This document shows, piece after piece, positions 27,114 through 40,911 of a stretch of DNA of 64,000 bases (position 1 is its first letter; the number at the start of each line of letters is the position of its first letter). The stretch spans positions 88,536,001-88,600,000 of the forward strand of contig OX597814.1 of assembly GCA_951406725.2 (NCBI GenBank), in the 5' to 3' direction. The translations under genes and the position numbers were made by a program. The DNA comes from Octopus vulgaris (taxonomy: Eukaryota). The notes under the pieces were generated by a model that saw nothing but the letters and a program-made list of their open reading frames with translations, did not search any database and had not been told where the DNA came from.

Positions 27114-27585
27114 ACATACTGGTGTACACAAATAGATTCATGCAAAGAATTATGCTGCACGCACACACACACGCACACGCAGATATACACGCACACTCAT
27201 GCACACACACATACATCCACGTATATATCTGTGTATATATGTATAATTTACATATATTACCCTTTTTGTATATATGTGTATATATACATATATGTGTGCG
27301 TATGCATGTGTGTGTATGAGTGTGTGTATGTGAGTGTGTGTGTGTATGCATGTGTACATACTGGTATACACAAATAGATTCATGCAAAGAATTAGGCTGC
27401 GCACACACACACGCACACACAGATATACACTCACACTCATGCACACACACATACATCCACGTATATATCTGTGTATATATGTATAATTTACATATATTAT
27501 TCTTTTTGTATATATGTGTATATATACATATATGTGTGCGTATGCATGTGTGTGTATGTGAGTGTGTGTGTGTATGCATGTATAC
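27114..27585. repeat. Tandem duplication of a ~240-bp low-complexity unit
   Basis: The anchor CATACTGGT.TACACAAATAGATTCATGCAAAGAATTA occurs at ~27115 and ~27357. Confidence 0.9.
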
Positions 27586-27999
27586 GTGCATGCGACTATG
27601 TGTGCGCGTGCGAAATTTATTTAAGAATCATTCGTCTTGTTCGAAGGGTTTTTAATTGTTCTATATTGGTTATTATGACAATATCTTTGATCCAGAAAAT
27701 ACTTTGATTTTCATGAAATTTTTTCTCTCTCTACCTTTGGTGGTGACAAAAGACTGTATTGGTGGGTCATGAGACAAACCCAAACATCTAAAAACAAGCA
27801 TAAAGTTAGAGTTCTCTTTACATAATTTTTTTGGTTTGCAGAGTTTGTTTTATGCATCTTCAAGTTTTTGAACACCCGCTGTAACGTACTCCTTCTCACT
27901 TAAAATGTGTGTGAGGATGCGTGACAAACGTTTGACACTTCGCCGACAAAAGATTGGAGTGTTGGGTACGTAGAACGAAGAAATGCTGCCACTTCTATA

Positions 28000-28520
28000 C
28001 CGTAAATCCTCGAGTATAATCCGCATTTTTTCCCCAAAATTTAAAGGTCAAAATCCCTAGTGCGTACTATATACGAGGTTAAAAATGAAAAATATTTTCT
28101 AAGCAATGTCCGAGTCTCTATTTGCTGTCTGGCAATGTTTATTCAGACGCATTTTGTCCTGTCGGGCGGAAAATACCTTAAGCTAAGCCTGAAAGCAATG
28201 AAGTTGTAAAAGAGTCATCCATAACTTACAGTAAGCAACATTTATTAAATGTTATTACTATTATTACTGTTACTTCTTTATTTTCTGCAAACAAAATGCA
28301 CAAAAAAGCCACATGTTTGCATTATGTTATATATACAATAATAATAAAGGACGTTACCGTATACATTTTTACAAACCAAGGACGTTATATAGACCTCCTT
28401 GACTCAAGTTAGAGAAGGGGTGCGTATTATACACAAGGCTTAGGTTTTTCAGAGGTACAGCCCCCCTAAAAGTCCCCTGCGTATTATACTCAAGGGCGGA
28501 CTATACTCGGGGATTTACGG
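28000..28520. mobile_element. Tc1/mariner superfamily (Tc2/pogo-type) non-autonomous element
   Basis: TA TSD on both sides. 25-bp TIR CCGTAAATCCTCGAGTATAATCCGC matches at 23/25. Confidence 0.9.
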
Positions 28521-29904
28521 TAGATTCATACGCATGGACGGTGAAGTATGGGTAGGAGCAGTAGTGGTTATCTGATCCCTGATGTGATTGCATCTCTTGT
28601 GGAAGTGTTGCATAGGCACTTACGACCATGGACTTCCTTGATTAATGATGGTTGAAGATGCTTGAAGCCGCAGACGGCGGTCATTCCTTTGCAGTGGTCA
28701 AAATATTAAACTTTGCGATAGCGTAATACGACTACATGTCTAGATTCAGGCGCATGGGAGCTGTGTTCTTTGCGGGAGTACGATCATCCCTCTCATGCCA
28801 ATGAAAACCAATGGCCATGAGTATTTCACTCTCAAAAACAAATACAGACTGAATGATGAAAGGAAAATTACGAAGTGGGAGAAACTGGAAGAAGGAAAAG
28901 AAAGGTAAGCAAACTGCAACAAATTTACTAAAACCTTCAGTCACTAATAAAGTAAAATAAACTCTTCAATAACCTTCATATAGCACCATATTTGCAAGCG
29001 CATCCTCATATGTCTTCAGTCTGTGCACAGGAGCATCACGTTTCTAGATGTGTACAATACTTAATTTCTGGTCTCACTTGAGCGTAAACAGAGTACCAAT
29101 AATTGTAGATAGATGAAGTTTCTTGTGGCTCTAAAGGGAAATAACATCGGGGCAAATCACTGAAGGGCAAATCACTGAAATCATTCACAAATTTGTCTTT
29201 TTCAATTAACGTAGCACACATCAAAAGGAAGTCGTGACATAGAAACTTACGTAAAAAATTTCACTCAGGAAAATGTTGACAGACATGCATTCTGAGATCT
29301 ATTAAATACGGTTCAACATACCAGTATTGATTTACTAAATTGTATTGTTCCCAACAGCTGATGATAAGCTTGTAAAATCTCTATAATTTTAGAATGATTT
29401 TGTAAATTTTCTTTATAAATAGCAACACAGAATGCTAACTCAGAATAGACACTCATTCAGATAAGTTATTTTTATTGTGACTACAAAAACCCATTTCCTT
29501 TTTACTCCAAACAGCTGATCTTCTAAGTAGTCTTTTTTAATTTTATTTTATTTTTATTTTCAATTATCTCTGTACATGTTAAACAGTAAGTGATTTCTGC
29601 TTGCCAAGCGCTATTCTACATGCTTTTCCAAATTATTTAATTTAAAATTAACGTTTGTAATCGAATCACTGACTTAACATGGTACGTGATTGCACTACAC
29701 TGGTTATTTAGATTGTCATATCACTTAGTTCAGTTCCACATGGATTTTCGTGTTTTTACAAATAGTAAACTTCACCCAACAATATCATCTATTACTAAAA
29801 ATACTTTCTTGTTTGTAAGATTCATGAAGTTCAGAGTTAAATTTTCTAAATTTTTCTTTATTTCTTCAAGTTTAATGTTAGAAAAGGTCTTCCACTATCT
29901 ATTA

Positions 29905-30138
29905 CCGTATATGCCGGTGTATAAGACACACCTTTTTATTCTGAAATGTAGCAAAATATTGCCACACGTGTAATGTGACCGTATTACGGGTGGGATACTG
30001 GTTATACGAGTGAATGACGAAACATATTAAATTCTAAATTCGTCTCTCTTTTTTTTTCCCCACAAAATATACTTTTTCTCACACAAAAAGTAGGGATTGT
30101 TTTATGCGAAAGTGCGTCTTATACGCTGGCAAATACCG
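29905..30138. mobile_element. Tc2/pogo-type MITE
   Basis: TA-flanked, with imperfect TIRs CCGTATATGCCGGTGTATAAGACACAC / GTGCGTCTTATACGCTGGCAAATACCG. Confidence 0.8.
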
Positions 30139-30954
30139 TATGCGTTTTATTGAAACAATGTAAACTAAGTAATCTGTCGCTTAACGCACTAAAAAACTTT
30201 ACAGACATGACTGGTTGTTATATGTATTGAAAATAGTGAAAGCAAAAAAAGAGTGAAGTCATGTTAGGCATTCATTTATAAACTACCTACAAATCAAGCA
30301 AATAGCTTTAAACATCAATAAAGTAAACTAAAATACTGAAACAAAACACACTAATTAGTTGCTGATCGGCAGCTGAATCCCAAGGCAAGAGTCAGGTGAT
30401 TCGCTTCTAGCTTATCTTTCAGCTTGGTTGGGCTGCAAGCAAGATCCCATAATGTATGCATTAAGCTGTCGACTGGGGTTGGAGAAAGCTCTGATTGTGC
30501 ATGCGTTAAGGTTTCTGTTGTACACGTGCTAGGTATTCCAATACAAGAAAAATGTATTTTTTTATATCTTCGGATAGATCTTTTTGTTTTTTACACGAAA
30601 ATCTGAGGTATATATTGCTTGCCTTGAATTCATGGAGGAAATAACAATCACACACGTATGTACGTACGTGCATACATACATACATACATACATACATACA
30701 TACATACATACATACATACATACATACATACATAAGTTTTGAGATTTTTAGGAGAGGCAGTTCTAGGTTATTGTTCTAGGTTATTGTAATTCTAGCATAC
30801 CATTACTATAAACCTAATAAGCTGACCTGACAATTTTTGATATCCCAGATTGAAGAAGACAGCTGTAACAACACTTTGAACATACCCTACTAAATACTGC
30901 TTGTCACGGCTGACCAGAAGAATGCAGTCAGGACCTGAAGTTGATTTCGAAGCT

Positions 30955-31233
30955 CCTTATGCAATAATTTCTTTGTGTTAAACGGGGCAAAAATGCTGCA
31001 GAGACTTATGAAATACACCTGATTGCAAATGGATTAACCTGTATGAGTCGAACATCAGCCTTTCGCTGGCACAAGAGGCCAGCCAAAGCAAGTCCACCGG
31101 GAAACTCATGAGGATTTCCTTTTTCAACAGCAATGGTATCTTCTGCATCCACAAGGCTCCTTCTGGCCAGACGGTCAACGAAGAGTATTTTGTGGGGATG
31201 TTGAGGGATTTCAAGAAGAGATTTCGTCACAAG
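30955..31233 (+). pseudogene. Internally deleted mariner transposase fragment
   Basis: Not in the ORF track. GKNAAETYEIHLIANGLTCMSRTSAFRWHKR (HTH region) is joined to QSKSTGKLMRISFFNSNGI...PSGQTVNEEYF..ML..FKKRFRHK. Confidence 0.85.
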
Positions 31234-31489
31234 AATTTAGAGTACCTGCGGAATGATGTAAAACGTAAGGCAGATATGGTTTTATAAATTTGTGTTTCAA
31301 TCAGGAAGTTGATTGGTACACAAGTTAACGGAAAACTGAAGGGTGGCATAAACTCTAGCTTCGCTAGTGAATGACAAGACCTAAGAGAGGAGTTGCCTTA
31401 AAGACAGCCCGGAGTTAAGAACAGCAGAGAAAATTCATCGATGGCCTATTCTCCGTAGGGAGAGAAGGGATTAGGTAAATAAATAATCC

Positions 31490-31884
31490 TTTCTATTAAA
31501 GACACAAGGCCTGAAATTTGGTGGGAGGGGACTAGTTGATTACATCAACTCTAGTGTTTCACTGGTACTTAATTTATCGACCCCGAATAGATGAAAGGCA
31601 AAGTCGACCTCGGCGGCAATTAAATTCAGAACGTAGCGGCAGACGAAATACCTATTTCTTTACTACCCACAAGGGGCTAAACACAGAGAGGACAAACAAG
31701 GACAGACAAACGTATTAAGTCGATTATATCGACCCCAGTGCGTAACTGGTACTTAATTTATCGACCCCGAAAGGATGAAAGGCAAAGTCGACCTCGGCGG
31801 AATTTGAACTCAGAACGTAACGGCAGACGAAATACCGCTAAGCATTTCGCCCGGCGTGCTAACGTTTCTGCCAGCTCGTCGCCT
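31490..31884 (-). mobile_element. SINE family B dimer: young unit joined to an older-tailed unit
   Basis: Junction GAAATAC|CTATTTC at 31651/31652, with a single head at the right end. Confidence 0.9.
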
Positions 31885-32321
31885 TATAAGTAAGTAAATA
31901 ATGAACGCATGTATATAATAATATATGTTTGTGTGCGTATGAGTGTGTGTGATGGGTTTCTGTAGAGATTCCGTTTCCCAAATTCACTCACAGAGTATTG
32001 AATGGCTGAACGAGGCGACAGGAAAAGATATTTAATCATATGTCCCCCAGTGGGTTTAACCCGAAACCGAATAGTTGTGAAGCGAACTTCTGTATCACAC
32101 TGTCATGCTTTTTCATACTGATGAATATAAAAAGTTAATTATTTCCGATTGGTTATAAAAATGCAATTTTAATGCATCAAATTCAACGCATGTACTATCT
32201 GGTAACGCTATCAATCCCTCGTGACCTGGGTTTAGCTCCGTAATTCATTCGGGCTTGGACGTAGCAGCTATTTTGTCCTCTTTCAATGTCATTCATTGAA
32301 GAGTAAGAAGTGAGCACGCGA

Positions 32322-32541
32322 AGGCGTCGAGCTGGCAGAAACGTTAGCACGCCGGGCGAAATGCTTAGCGGTATTTCGTCTGCCATTACGTTCTGAATTC
32401 GAATTCCGCCGAGGTCGACTTTGCTTCGAGGTCGATTAGATAAGTACCAGTTACGCACTGGAGTTGATGTAATCGACTGAATCCGTTTGTCTGTCCTTGT
32501 TTGTCACCTCTATGTTTAGCCCCTTGAGGGCAATAAAGAAA
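32322..32541 (+). mobile_element. SINE family B young-tail monomer
   Basis: 18-bp TSD TAAGAAGTG(A/C)GCACGCGA at 32304-32321 and 32542-32559. Confidence 0.9.
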
Positions 32542-34155
32542 TAAGAAGTGCGCACGCGAGTTATATGGCATGTGGTTGGTTGCTTCTAATGATTATTCTA
32601 ATACCAAGAAACATATTTCGTACCAGAATATAGCATAACAATAATGAATGTGTGTGTGTGTATGTGTGTGTGTTTACGTCTGTATGTATAAATATATACA
32701 TATGTAAATATTATTTTCGCTGTCAAAATATCGTTTTACTTATTGTTCCAGAGTGATAAAGCATTTCGTAAGAACGTATGTATATGTTATAGACCTATGT
32801 GTGTGCGTGTGTTTGTGTGTATGTGTGTGTGTGTTTCTGTTGTATTCGTGTGTGCGTGTGTGCGCACGCGTGCGCGCATGCGTGTAGGATTCCAACTGCA
32901 TTTGGCAATAAGCACTGGATAGAATAGAGGAGCATTGTTATTAGTGCTTGTTGCTTTACGTTAGACTTGGTGCATTATCCTCCACTAAAGTACACACCAC
33001 ATATATACGTAATAAGATGCTATCTCTCTAAACATGTGAATAGTATTTCAACATTTGTCTTATTTGAATTAAGGCGTTAAACTCGATAGGCAAAATCCTG
33101 TATTTGTTAGCAATGCTATCTCACATGTCTGACCTAAGGGGAAAAGAATAATAGTCAGACAATAAGAAAACAATTGATTTCATTTCCGCCCTTCAGCCCC
33201 GCAGTACTTAAAACTGCTGAAAGGAAGAGGCATTGTAAAGAAATCCGTTTGTACTGCAGTGGCTTTCTATTTTTTTTAATTATGATACCCTTTAGTTATT
33301 TAATCATCAAACAGTACTTGTATTTTTCTATGCTGTTCAAATACATGCCATTGACTACTTTTGAGTCATTTCTCCTAGTTCATTACTTAAATTATGCAAA
33401 ATACCAAGGTCATAAATATGCTCTACATAGGTTGGACAGCTATTATACTGATGACGCCTAATCCATGACTCCTCTTCCCTTCAGAGAATAAGTCTTCATA
33501 GCATGACAACACTGGAGAAAATCTTGAGATCATCTCCCCCTTTTCATATGGAGCTGATTTTAATTGTTATTTGGTAGTTATGGGGTGGAAATAATTTCAA
33601 TAAATCAAGAATTTATATCGTTTAATACTTGACATACTTGTTGTTAACCTGGCAGAATCGTTAGCGCGTCGAACAAAATACTTAACGACATTTCTACCGG
33701 TTCTTTATGTCCAGAGCTCAAATTCCGCCGAGGTCAACTTTGCCTTTCATCCTTTCGTATTCGATAGAATAAAGTACCCACCAATTACTGGGGTCGATGT
33801 AATCACCTTGCCCCTCCCCTCAAAATTGCTGGCCTTATGCCAAAATTAGAATAAGATGCCTCGTTGTTAGGTGTTGCAATCACGATCACAAGATTGGGTG
33901 GTGCGTTGTGTTCTTGAACAAAACACTTTATCTCGCGTTGCACTGCGATCACTCGACACCTGGCATATCGTACACAGTACACCTGTTCAGACAATGTTTA
34001 TTTAATGGAGAGAGTGAGCTAATATAGTACATACATTTGATTCCTATAAATAAATCATTTATGCAAGTCATTCGGAAAAAGCTGAACACTCATACGTCAT
34101 CTTCGGCGGGAGAGAGTCCATTACTATTATTATTATTGTTGTTATTGTTGTTGTT

Positions 34156-35277
34156 GAGTGAGGGAGCAGTGCATGCCATCAAAGTGACACTGGGGTAAAA
34201 TATGCGAAACCCAGTATACCCATCATGACTACCTGTCTGATAAGGGTACACCAGGCACATGCATCATAACCATATGTGCGCGACATGGTGATTTCATATC
34301 AAGATAAACAGCGCATGACCTTGCAGGTGGGGCCCAGTTAGAATTTTATTCTGGTCGAGTACCCCATCCCGCTCAAAAGGTCCCTGAATAAGGATTGTTT
34401 AAGGATGTTGAACGAACCACCCATGTTTCCAAAGGTGAATTATCCAAACCTCTAAGAATTCCTCTCAACACATGGCTACGATACTCCCCCACTACTTCTG
34501 CTCGTGATCAGAGATGCACATATCGTCAGCCACTAAGGGACATGGTGAATTGGTTAAGATCAAACAACTGACAAGCAAATCTGTGGTATTGAACAGAATA
34601 TTTGCTGTAGCCCATCTTTTATACCAAGACAAAACAATGTACATGATAACACTTCCAATCAGTTAAGATCAGGAGCCATGAGACCCACTGTCTAGTACTG
34701 CATCAGGGCATTTATTATTATTATTATTGAGTGAGCGAGCAGAGCATGCCATCAAAGTGACACTGGGGTAAAATATACGAAGCCCAGTATACCCATCATG
34801 ACTACCCGTCTGATAAGGGTACACCAGGCACATGCATCACAACCATATGTGCGCGACATGGTGATCTCATATCAAGATAAACAGCACATGACCTTGCAGC
34901 TGGAGCCCAGTTAGAATTTTCTTCAGATCGAGTAACCCATCCCGCTCAAAAGGTCCTTGAATAAGGGTTGTTTAAGGACGTTGAACGAAACACCCATGTT
35001 TCCAGAGGTGAATTATTCAAACCCCAAAGAATCCTTCTCAACACATGGCTATGATGCTCCCCCACTACTTCTGCTCGTGATCAGAGATGCACATATCGTC
35101 AGCCACTAAGGGACATGCTCAACTGGTTAAGGTCAAACAACTGACAAGCAAATCTGTGGTATTGAGCAGAATATTTGCTGTAGCCCATCTTTTATACCAA
35201 GACAAAACAATGTACATGATAACACTTCCAATCAGTTAAGATCAGAAGCCATGAGAGCCACTGCCTGGTACCGCATC
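34156..35277 (-). mobile_element. Two tandem copies of a ~550-bp non-coding retroposon embedded in (TAA)n
   Basis: Copies 34156-34710 and 34729-35277 are clearly homologous with scattered substitutions and are flanked and separated by (TTA)n. Strand inferred from the tail. Confidence 0.8.
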
Positions 35278-35313
<36 letters not shown>

Positions 35314-35965
35314 TTACTTACTTACTTACTTACTTACTTGCTTACTTACTTTTGATCTGTACGCTTGTTACAATCACATGCTGAGACACATCTAGCGTGC
35401 TAGGGCGAGTGAAGGATAAGAGACGTTACAGTATGACTGAAAGCGTGGGCAGGGGAAGTGGCAGGGGCAGTAGCGAAATATCTTCATGCAATACAACACA
35501 GACATTTAAATTGATAGGGTTTTTCTAAGGATGTGGGCAGTACTTGTCAACACAATATTAGTGATATTGCGAACATGAAGAAAACATTGCGAGCAAGATG
35601 TGACAACTGCTTCACTATTATATATTTGTAGTTTAGTTTATTTCTAGTAGAATTTTCGATATAAATCTTTATTATGTACGACATGCCTACCACTATACAC
35701 ACACACAGGTGGGCATACCTGTTTTATTTATATATGAAACTGCTATTAAGTTGACATTTGATACATCTTCTAAGCAGGTCATCGACCTTAATACCAATGG
35801 TCGCAGTTTTCATGCCTATGTCAGGCGGCCATAATGTCATTTGAATTGCTGACAACAGACGATAGATTTTTATACAAAACTTAGCTGTAAATATTTAATG
35901 TCTGCTCAGAATATATCTATGCTCAGTCATTCAATTATCCGTAGTGAATTGCTCAATACATAAAG

Positions 35966-36285
35966 CAAGCATACCTCAGATTAAGAACGTAAATGGTTCC
36001 AACACACACAACTTAACTCGAGAAATGACGTAACACGAAAAAGCATTAAAATTTTTTTAAAAACTTGTATCAGTTTTAATAAATGCTTTGTATATATTTT
36101 TCACATGTATTTTCTATAATATTCCACTTTAGTATTGACTTTTAAGTGTCTTGTAAATTTTTATGCCTTGGAATATATTCGTTGAGACTGAAGGTTTTTT
36201 TTTCCATTAGTTTTTTTTTTTTTTTAAATACGACCTGAAGTCGAAAAGGACGTAACTCGAAAGAACGTAAGTTAAGATATGCCTG
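35966..36285. mobile_element. Tigger/pogo-like MITE
   Basis: Ends CAAGCATACCTC / AAGATATGCCTG followed by TA, degenerate. Confidence 0.55.
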
Positions 36286-36379
36286 TATAATATCAGTTAC
36301 TGACACGAGAAGGTCATATACTGTAGGTAGAGGAGAATTGCTCTCAATATATTACTAGTATTATTCTGCTTCATCGGTG

Positions 36380-36858
36380 ACAGGAAATGATGAAAGGCAC
36401 AGTTGATCTCAGGGGGATTTGAAATCCGAACGCAAAACGAGGGGCATAACTAAATACCTATTTCTTTATTGCCCACATGGGGCTAAACACAGAGAGGACA
36501 AACAAGGACAGACAAACGGATTAAGTCGATTACATTGACCCCCGAAAGGATGAAAGGCAAAGTCGACCTCGGCGGAATTTGAACTCAGAACGTAACGACA
36601 GAGGAAATACCTATTTCTTTACTACCTACAAGGGGCTAAACACAGAGAGGACAAACAAGGACAGACAAACGGATTAAGTCGATTACATCGACCCCAGTGC
36701 GTAACTGGTACTTAATTTATCGACCCCGAAAGGATGAAAGGCAAAGTCGACCTCGGCAGAATTTGAACTCAGAACGTAACGGCGATGAAGCAGAATAATA
36801 ACTGGTACTTATTTAATCGACCCCGAAAAGATGAAAGGCAAAGTCAACCTCGGCGAGT
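36380..36858 (-). mobile_element. SINE family B concatemer
   Basis: Junctions at 36457/36458 and 36610/36611. One unit is internally deleted. Confidence 0.85.
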
Positions 36859-36926
36859 GCGGGACAGTGCACGCAAGCGTAAACAAACACACAAACTCGC
36901 CAGTGCGCGGTCACACTCTAGCAAGC

Positions 36927-36929
<3 letters not shown>

Positions 36930-36965
<36 letters not shown>

Positions 36966-37405
36966 GACAGACAGACAGAGACAGAGACAGAGAGAGGGAG
37001 AGGGAGAGGGAGAGAGAGAGGGAGAGAGGGAGAGAGGGAGAGAGAGAGAAGCAGATACACACCTGTAGACACAGAAATAACGCAAGCACATTACACACGC
37101 GCGCGCAAACATACACACACATAACAACAACAACAATAACACACACACGCATGCACTCACACTTTACAACGCTTCTGCAAAGAAACGCTCATTCAATACT
37201 TGTGCTACTTACACATGCATGTGTGTATACATTACGTATGCATATATATATATATATACATGTATACATTTAGATTTGCATGCCAACAAGTTTGTGTATA
37301 TATGCACTCGTTCATTTTATTACATTTCGTATACACTTCCTTTCGTCTTCCTTCATTGTGTTTTACACTATCACCCGCCTCTCTCTCTCTCTTTCTCTCA
37401 CTCAC

Positions 37406-37440
<35 letters not shown>

Positions 37441-37451
37441 CACATACTCCC

Positions 37452-37488
<37 letters not shown>

Positions 37489-37689
37489 GCTGTCACTGTG
37501 TGTGTGTGTGTTTCTCTTGTCACTGTCAATCTTTCTACTTCTAGCAGTCCACTGCTGTATGTATGTGAGTATATATGTATTTGTGTATATATGTCTGTAT
37601 GTATATGTATACATATATATGTATGTGTGTGTATGTTTGTGTATATATTCATGTGTATATATGTGTCTGGGTGTGTATGTATATGTATG

Positions 37690-37739
<50 letters not shown>

Positions 37740-39075
37740 GTATATCTATATGTATGTATTTATCTATGTATGTATACATGCATGCATATATGTATGTACA
37801 TATGTGAATATGTAAATATGTGTGTATGCATGTATATATGTATGTATGTGTGTATATATGTATGTTTATATGTGAATATGTATGTTTGTACAGTTTTATT
37901 TCAAGGTATGTATGTATGCATGTATGTATGTATGTATGTATGTATGTATGTATGTATGTATGCATGTATGTATGTATGCATGTATGTATGTATGTATGTG
38001 TGGAACCACCTCTTAGGGACTATTTTTCCCAGATCTACACCGGCCCGGAGTAGTAGTAGCTGTCAAGACCCCCAGTTATGGGTTAACTAGCATAGGCGAT
38101 GACAATCCATCTGAACGTGGGGATAATACCCTTGGTTTGTGTCAGGGCCTGAGAGTCCTAGCTGTTGTCACGGAATCCTTCTAGAAGAGGGATACTGATG
38201 AAAAACTTGCGGTTTCACATGATTACTGGTCACTTCGCTTTGGTCTGTCGCTAGGCATTAATCACAGAGACCGAGAGAGAGCGAGCTAGTGAGAAAGAGA
38301 GACAGACAGACAGAGAGAGCGAGAGACAGAGATTCGTGTTGCACAACTATAATCACTATAATTTTATCACTATAATCCAATGACGTACAGATGTCTCTTT
38401 ATGAAGATTTCATTTATCATTCCATCTTCTGAAAGTCCTATGGCGATGGAAAAGTGGTGACGTGTGCAAACCTCACCTGTTGTTGGAAGCGCTCTGTAAA
38501 TTGTACGTTTCGCCTGTCATCTATGCTTCCAAACCATGCAGATCTGCAACGGGAATAAATAGTCACCTGAGTGGCCATGGATGGAAAGTCAGAATTGCCA
38601 TTCACAATGAGGAAGCACAAAGAGATAGTAATCGTCTGTGAAGATGGAGCAATCATGTATGTATGTATGTATGTATGTATGTATGTATGTATGTATGTAT
38701 GTATGTATGTGTGTGTTACGTATGTATGCTACGTATATATGTATGTATTACGTATGTATATATGCATGTTTGTATGCATGTGTGTATGTATATATATGAA
38801 TACATGTTTGCTTATGCATACATGCATGCAAGTATACTTGCATGTATGCGTATATGTTCGTATGCATGTATATATGTGTATGCATGCTTGCATGTCTGCA
38901 TGTATGAACGTGCATGTGCATGTATGTGTACTTGTGTATGCATATATATGTATGCATATATGTGTGTTTATGTATATATTGTGCTACGCATGCATGCTTG
39001 CATATGCCTGAATGCTTGAATGTATGCACGCATTCATGCATACTTGCATGGGTGAATGCATGATGTTTATATGTG

Positions 39076-39107
<32 letters not shown>

Positions 39108-40037
39108 TGTATGTATGTATGCATGTATGTATGCGTGTATGCACGCATGCATATAGCTATGCATATATGTATATAAGAAGCCGTAATGGACCTAATATTC
39201 TACACGAGTATCGCTTTATTTCCTTCTGACATTTTCAGTCAGAGATGGGTTTTACTCAAACACCAGAAGAGAGTTGTATATGAATGTATGCTTTAATGTA
39301 TCTCCCGCCTCCCCCACTACACATACACTCACACACACACGGAACAAACCCTTCTATATATTCAGGCTTTCTCTCACACGTGTATACACACAAATCGTGT
39401 ATATGCGTGTCTACACACAAATCGTGTATATGCGTGTATACACACAAATTCAGGGCAAGCACTCCCGTCAATATACGCTGACACACGTGCACACACGCAT
39501 GAACACGCACAGAAATACACACTCGCGCACAAACGTTCACACAAAGTCGTGTGAATACGCACACATACACACTCAGACACACTCACACAGACACACACAC
39601 ACACACACAGACATACACACACACAGACACATACACACACAGACACATACACACACAGACACACACACACACACACAGACACATACACACACACACATAA
39701 ACGCAAGCATTCATACGCGCGTATACTGTCACACAAAAAGTGCGCGCGTGCGCGTTTTCATATACTCATGCAGGTGTACTTTCAGTCTCGCCAGCACACG
39801 TGCATACACACACACACACACACACATACACACACACGCACACACACACACACTCGTGCGCAGACATACACGCAAACATACTGGCTCATACGCGTAGACG
39901 CACCTCACTCCCATACACTAACACACACTTACACTTACACATGTACGCAAGCAAGCATACACGCATATACTGTCACACAAATGCGTGCATTTTAACATAC
40001 ACACGCGGATGTACTCTCAGTCTCGCCGTCACACGTG

Positions 40038-40069
<32 letters not shown>

Positions 40070-40717
40070 CACACACACAAAGCATACTCATACAAAGCAC
40101 ACATGCAAACAGTCTGGCTCACACACGCGCAGACACACACTCACACATGCTATACACACACACACAAACAAGCAAACACATTTAGCCACACACATACACA
40201 TACTAAACACACTGCACACACCATCCACTAGACACAACACACTACTACACATGCACCACCCACACACACACACACTCTCGTGATCACATATACACACACG
40301 CGCAGCCAAGTTTACACACGCTCACACAAGCTCATACACGCTTATGAACATATCAAAACGAAATTTTCTGTCTTTACTTATACTAGTCAGCTGTAAACTA
40401 TTCTCGGTGCTAACTGCCTTCCGTATCCGGGATTTCGCCCTACATCGCAATACAGGGTTCTCAGATTGGGCTACAAGTAGTACTACTTGCTAAAATTGCA
40501 CGTTACTACTTACTCTTAATTTGAACTGTACGCTCCTTTAAAACATCTTTTTTAATAAGAACCCACTGAATATCCTATTAAATTAACTACATACAGACAT
40601 ATATACACACAAAAGCTCACACACACACACATGCGTAGACATTTTTGCTCAACGATTTTCAAACCGTTTATTTGTCGAGCAATGTATTGAATATTCAAGT
40701 GTTTATTTAACTAAGAA

Positions 40718-40807
<90 letters not shown>

Positions 40808-40857
40808 CGCACACACACACATACACACACACACACACACGCACGTACGCACGCACG

Positions 40858-40902
<45 letters not shown>

Positions 40903-40910
40903 TACACACA
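36930..40910. repeat. Compound microsatellite field: (GA)n, (CT)n, (TA)n, (TATG)n, (CA)n and degenerate duplications
   Basis: Directly visible. It is the source of the many H/T/V/C/Y/M-rich spurious ORFs. Confidence 0.95.
38495..38657 (+). mobile_element. Extreme 3' end of the zinc-finger RTE LINE family
   Basis: With one frameshift it reads FACHLC.KPCRSATGINSHLSGH. The 3' tail ATCGTCTGTGAAGATGGAGCAATCAT resembles ATCATCTGTCAAGATAAACCAATCAT of the 4375 element and runs into (GTAT)n. Confidence 0.65.
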
Positions 40911-40911
40911 T

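Noticed and set aside
28525-28800. RT remnant (QGSPWS-like) beside the Tc2-type element
   Set aside because: A single weak motif with no YADD box in register.
38195-38222. Hammerhead at CTGATGA-AAAAC..GTTT (also isolated CTGATGA at ~20851, ~32118 and ~33448)
   Set aside because: No downstream GAAA/UH or stem I, and such heptamers are expected by chance.
36785-40911. Many 100-200 aa ORFs rich in H/T/Y/I/V/C/M
   Set aside because: These are translations of (CA)n, (TA)n and (TATG)n microsatellites, open in several frames at once. The same applies at 9354-9721, 17675-18293, 26941-27707 and 53065-53493.
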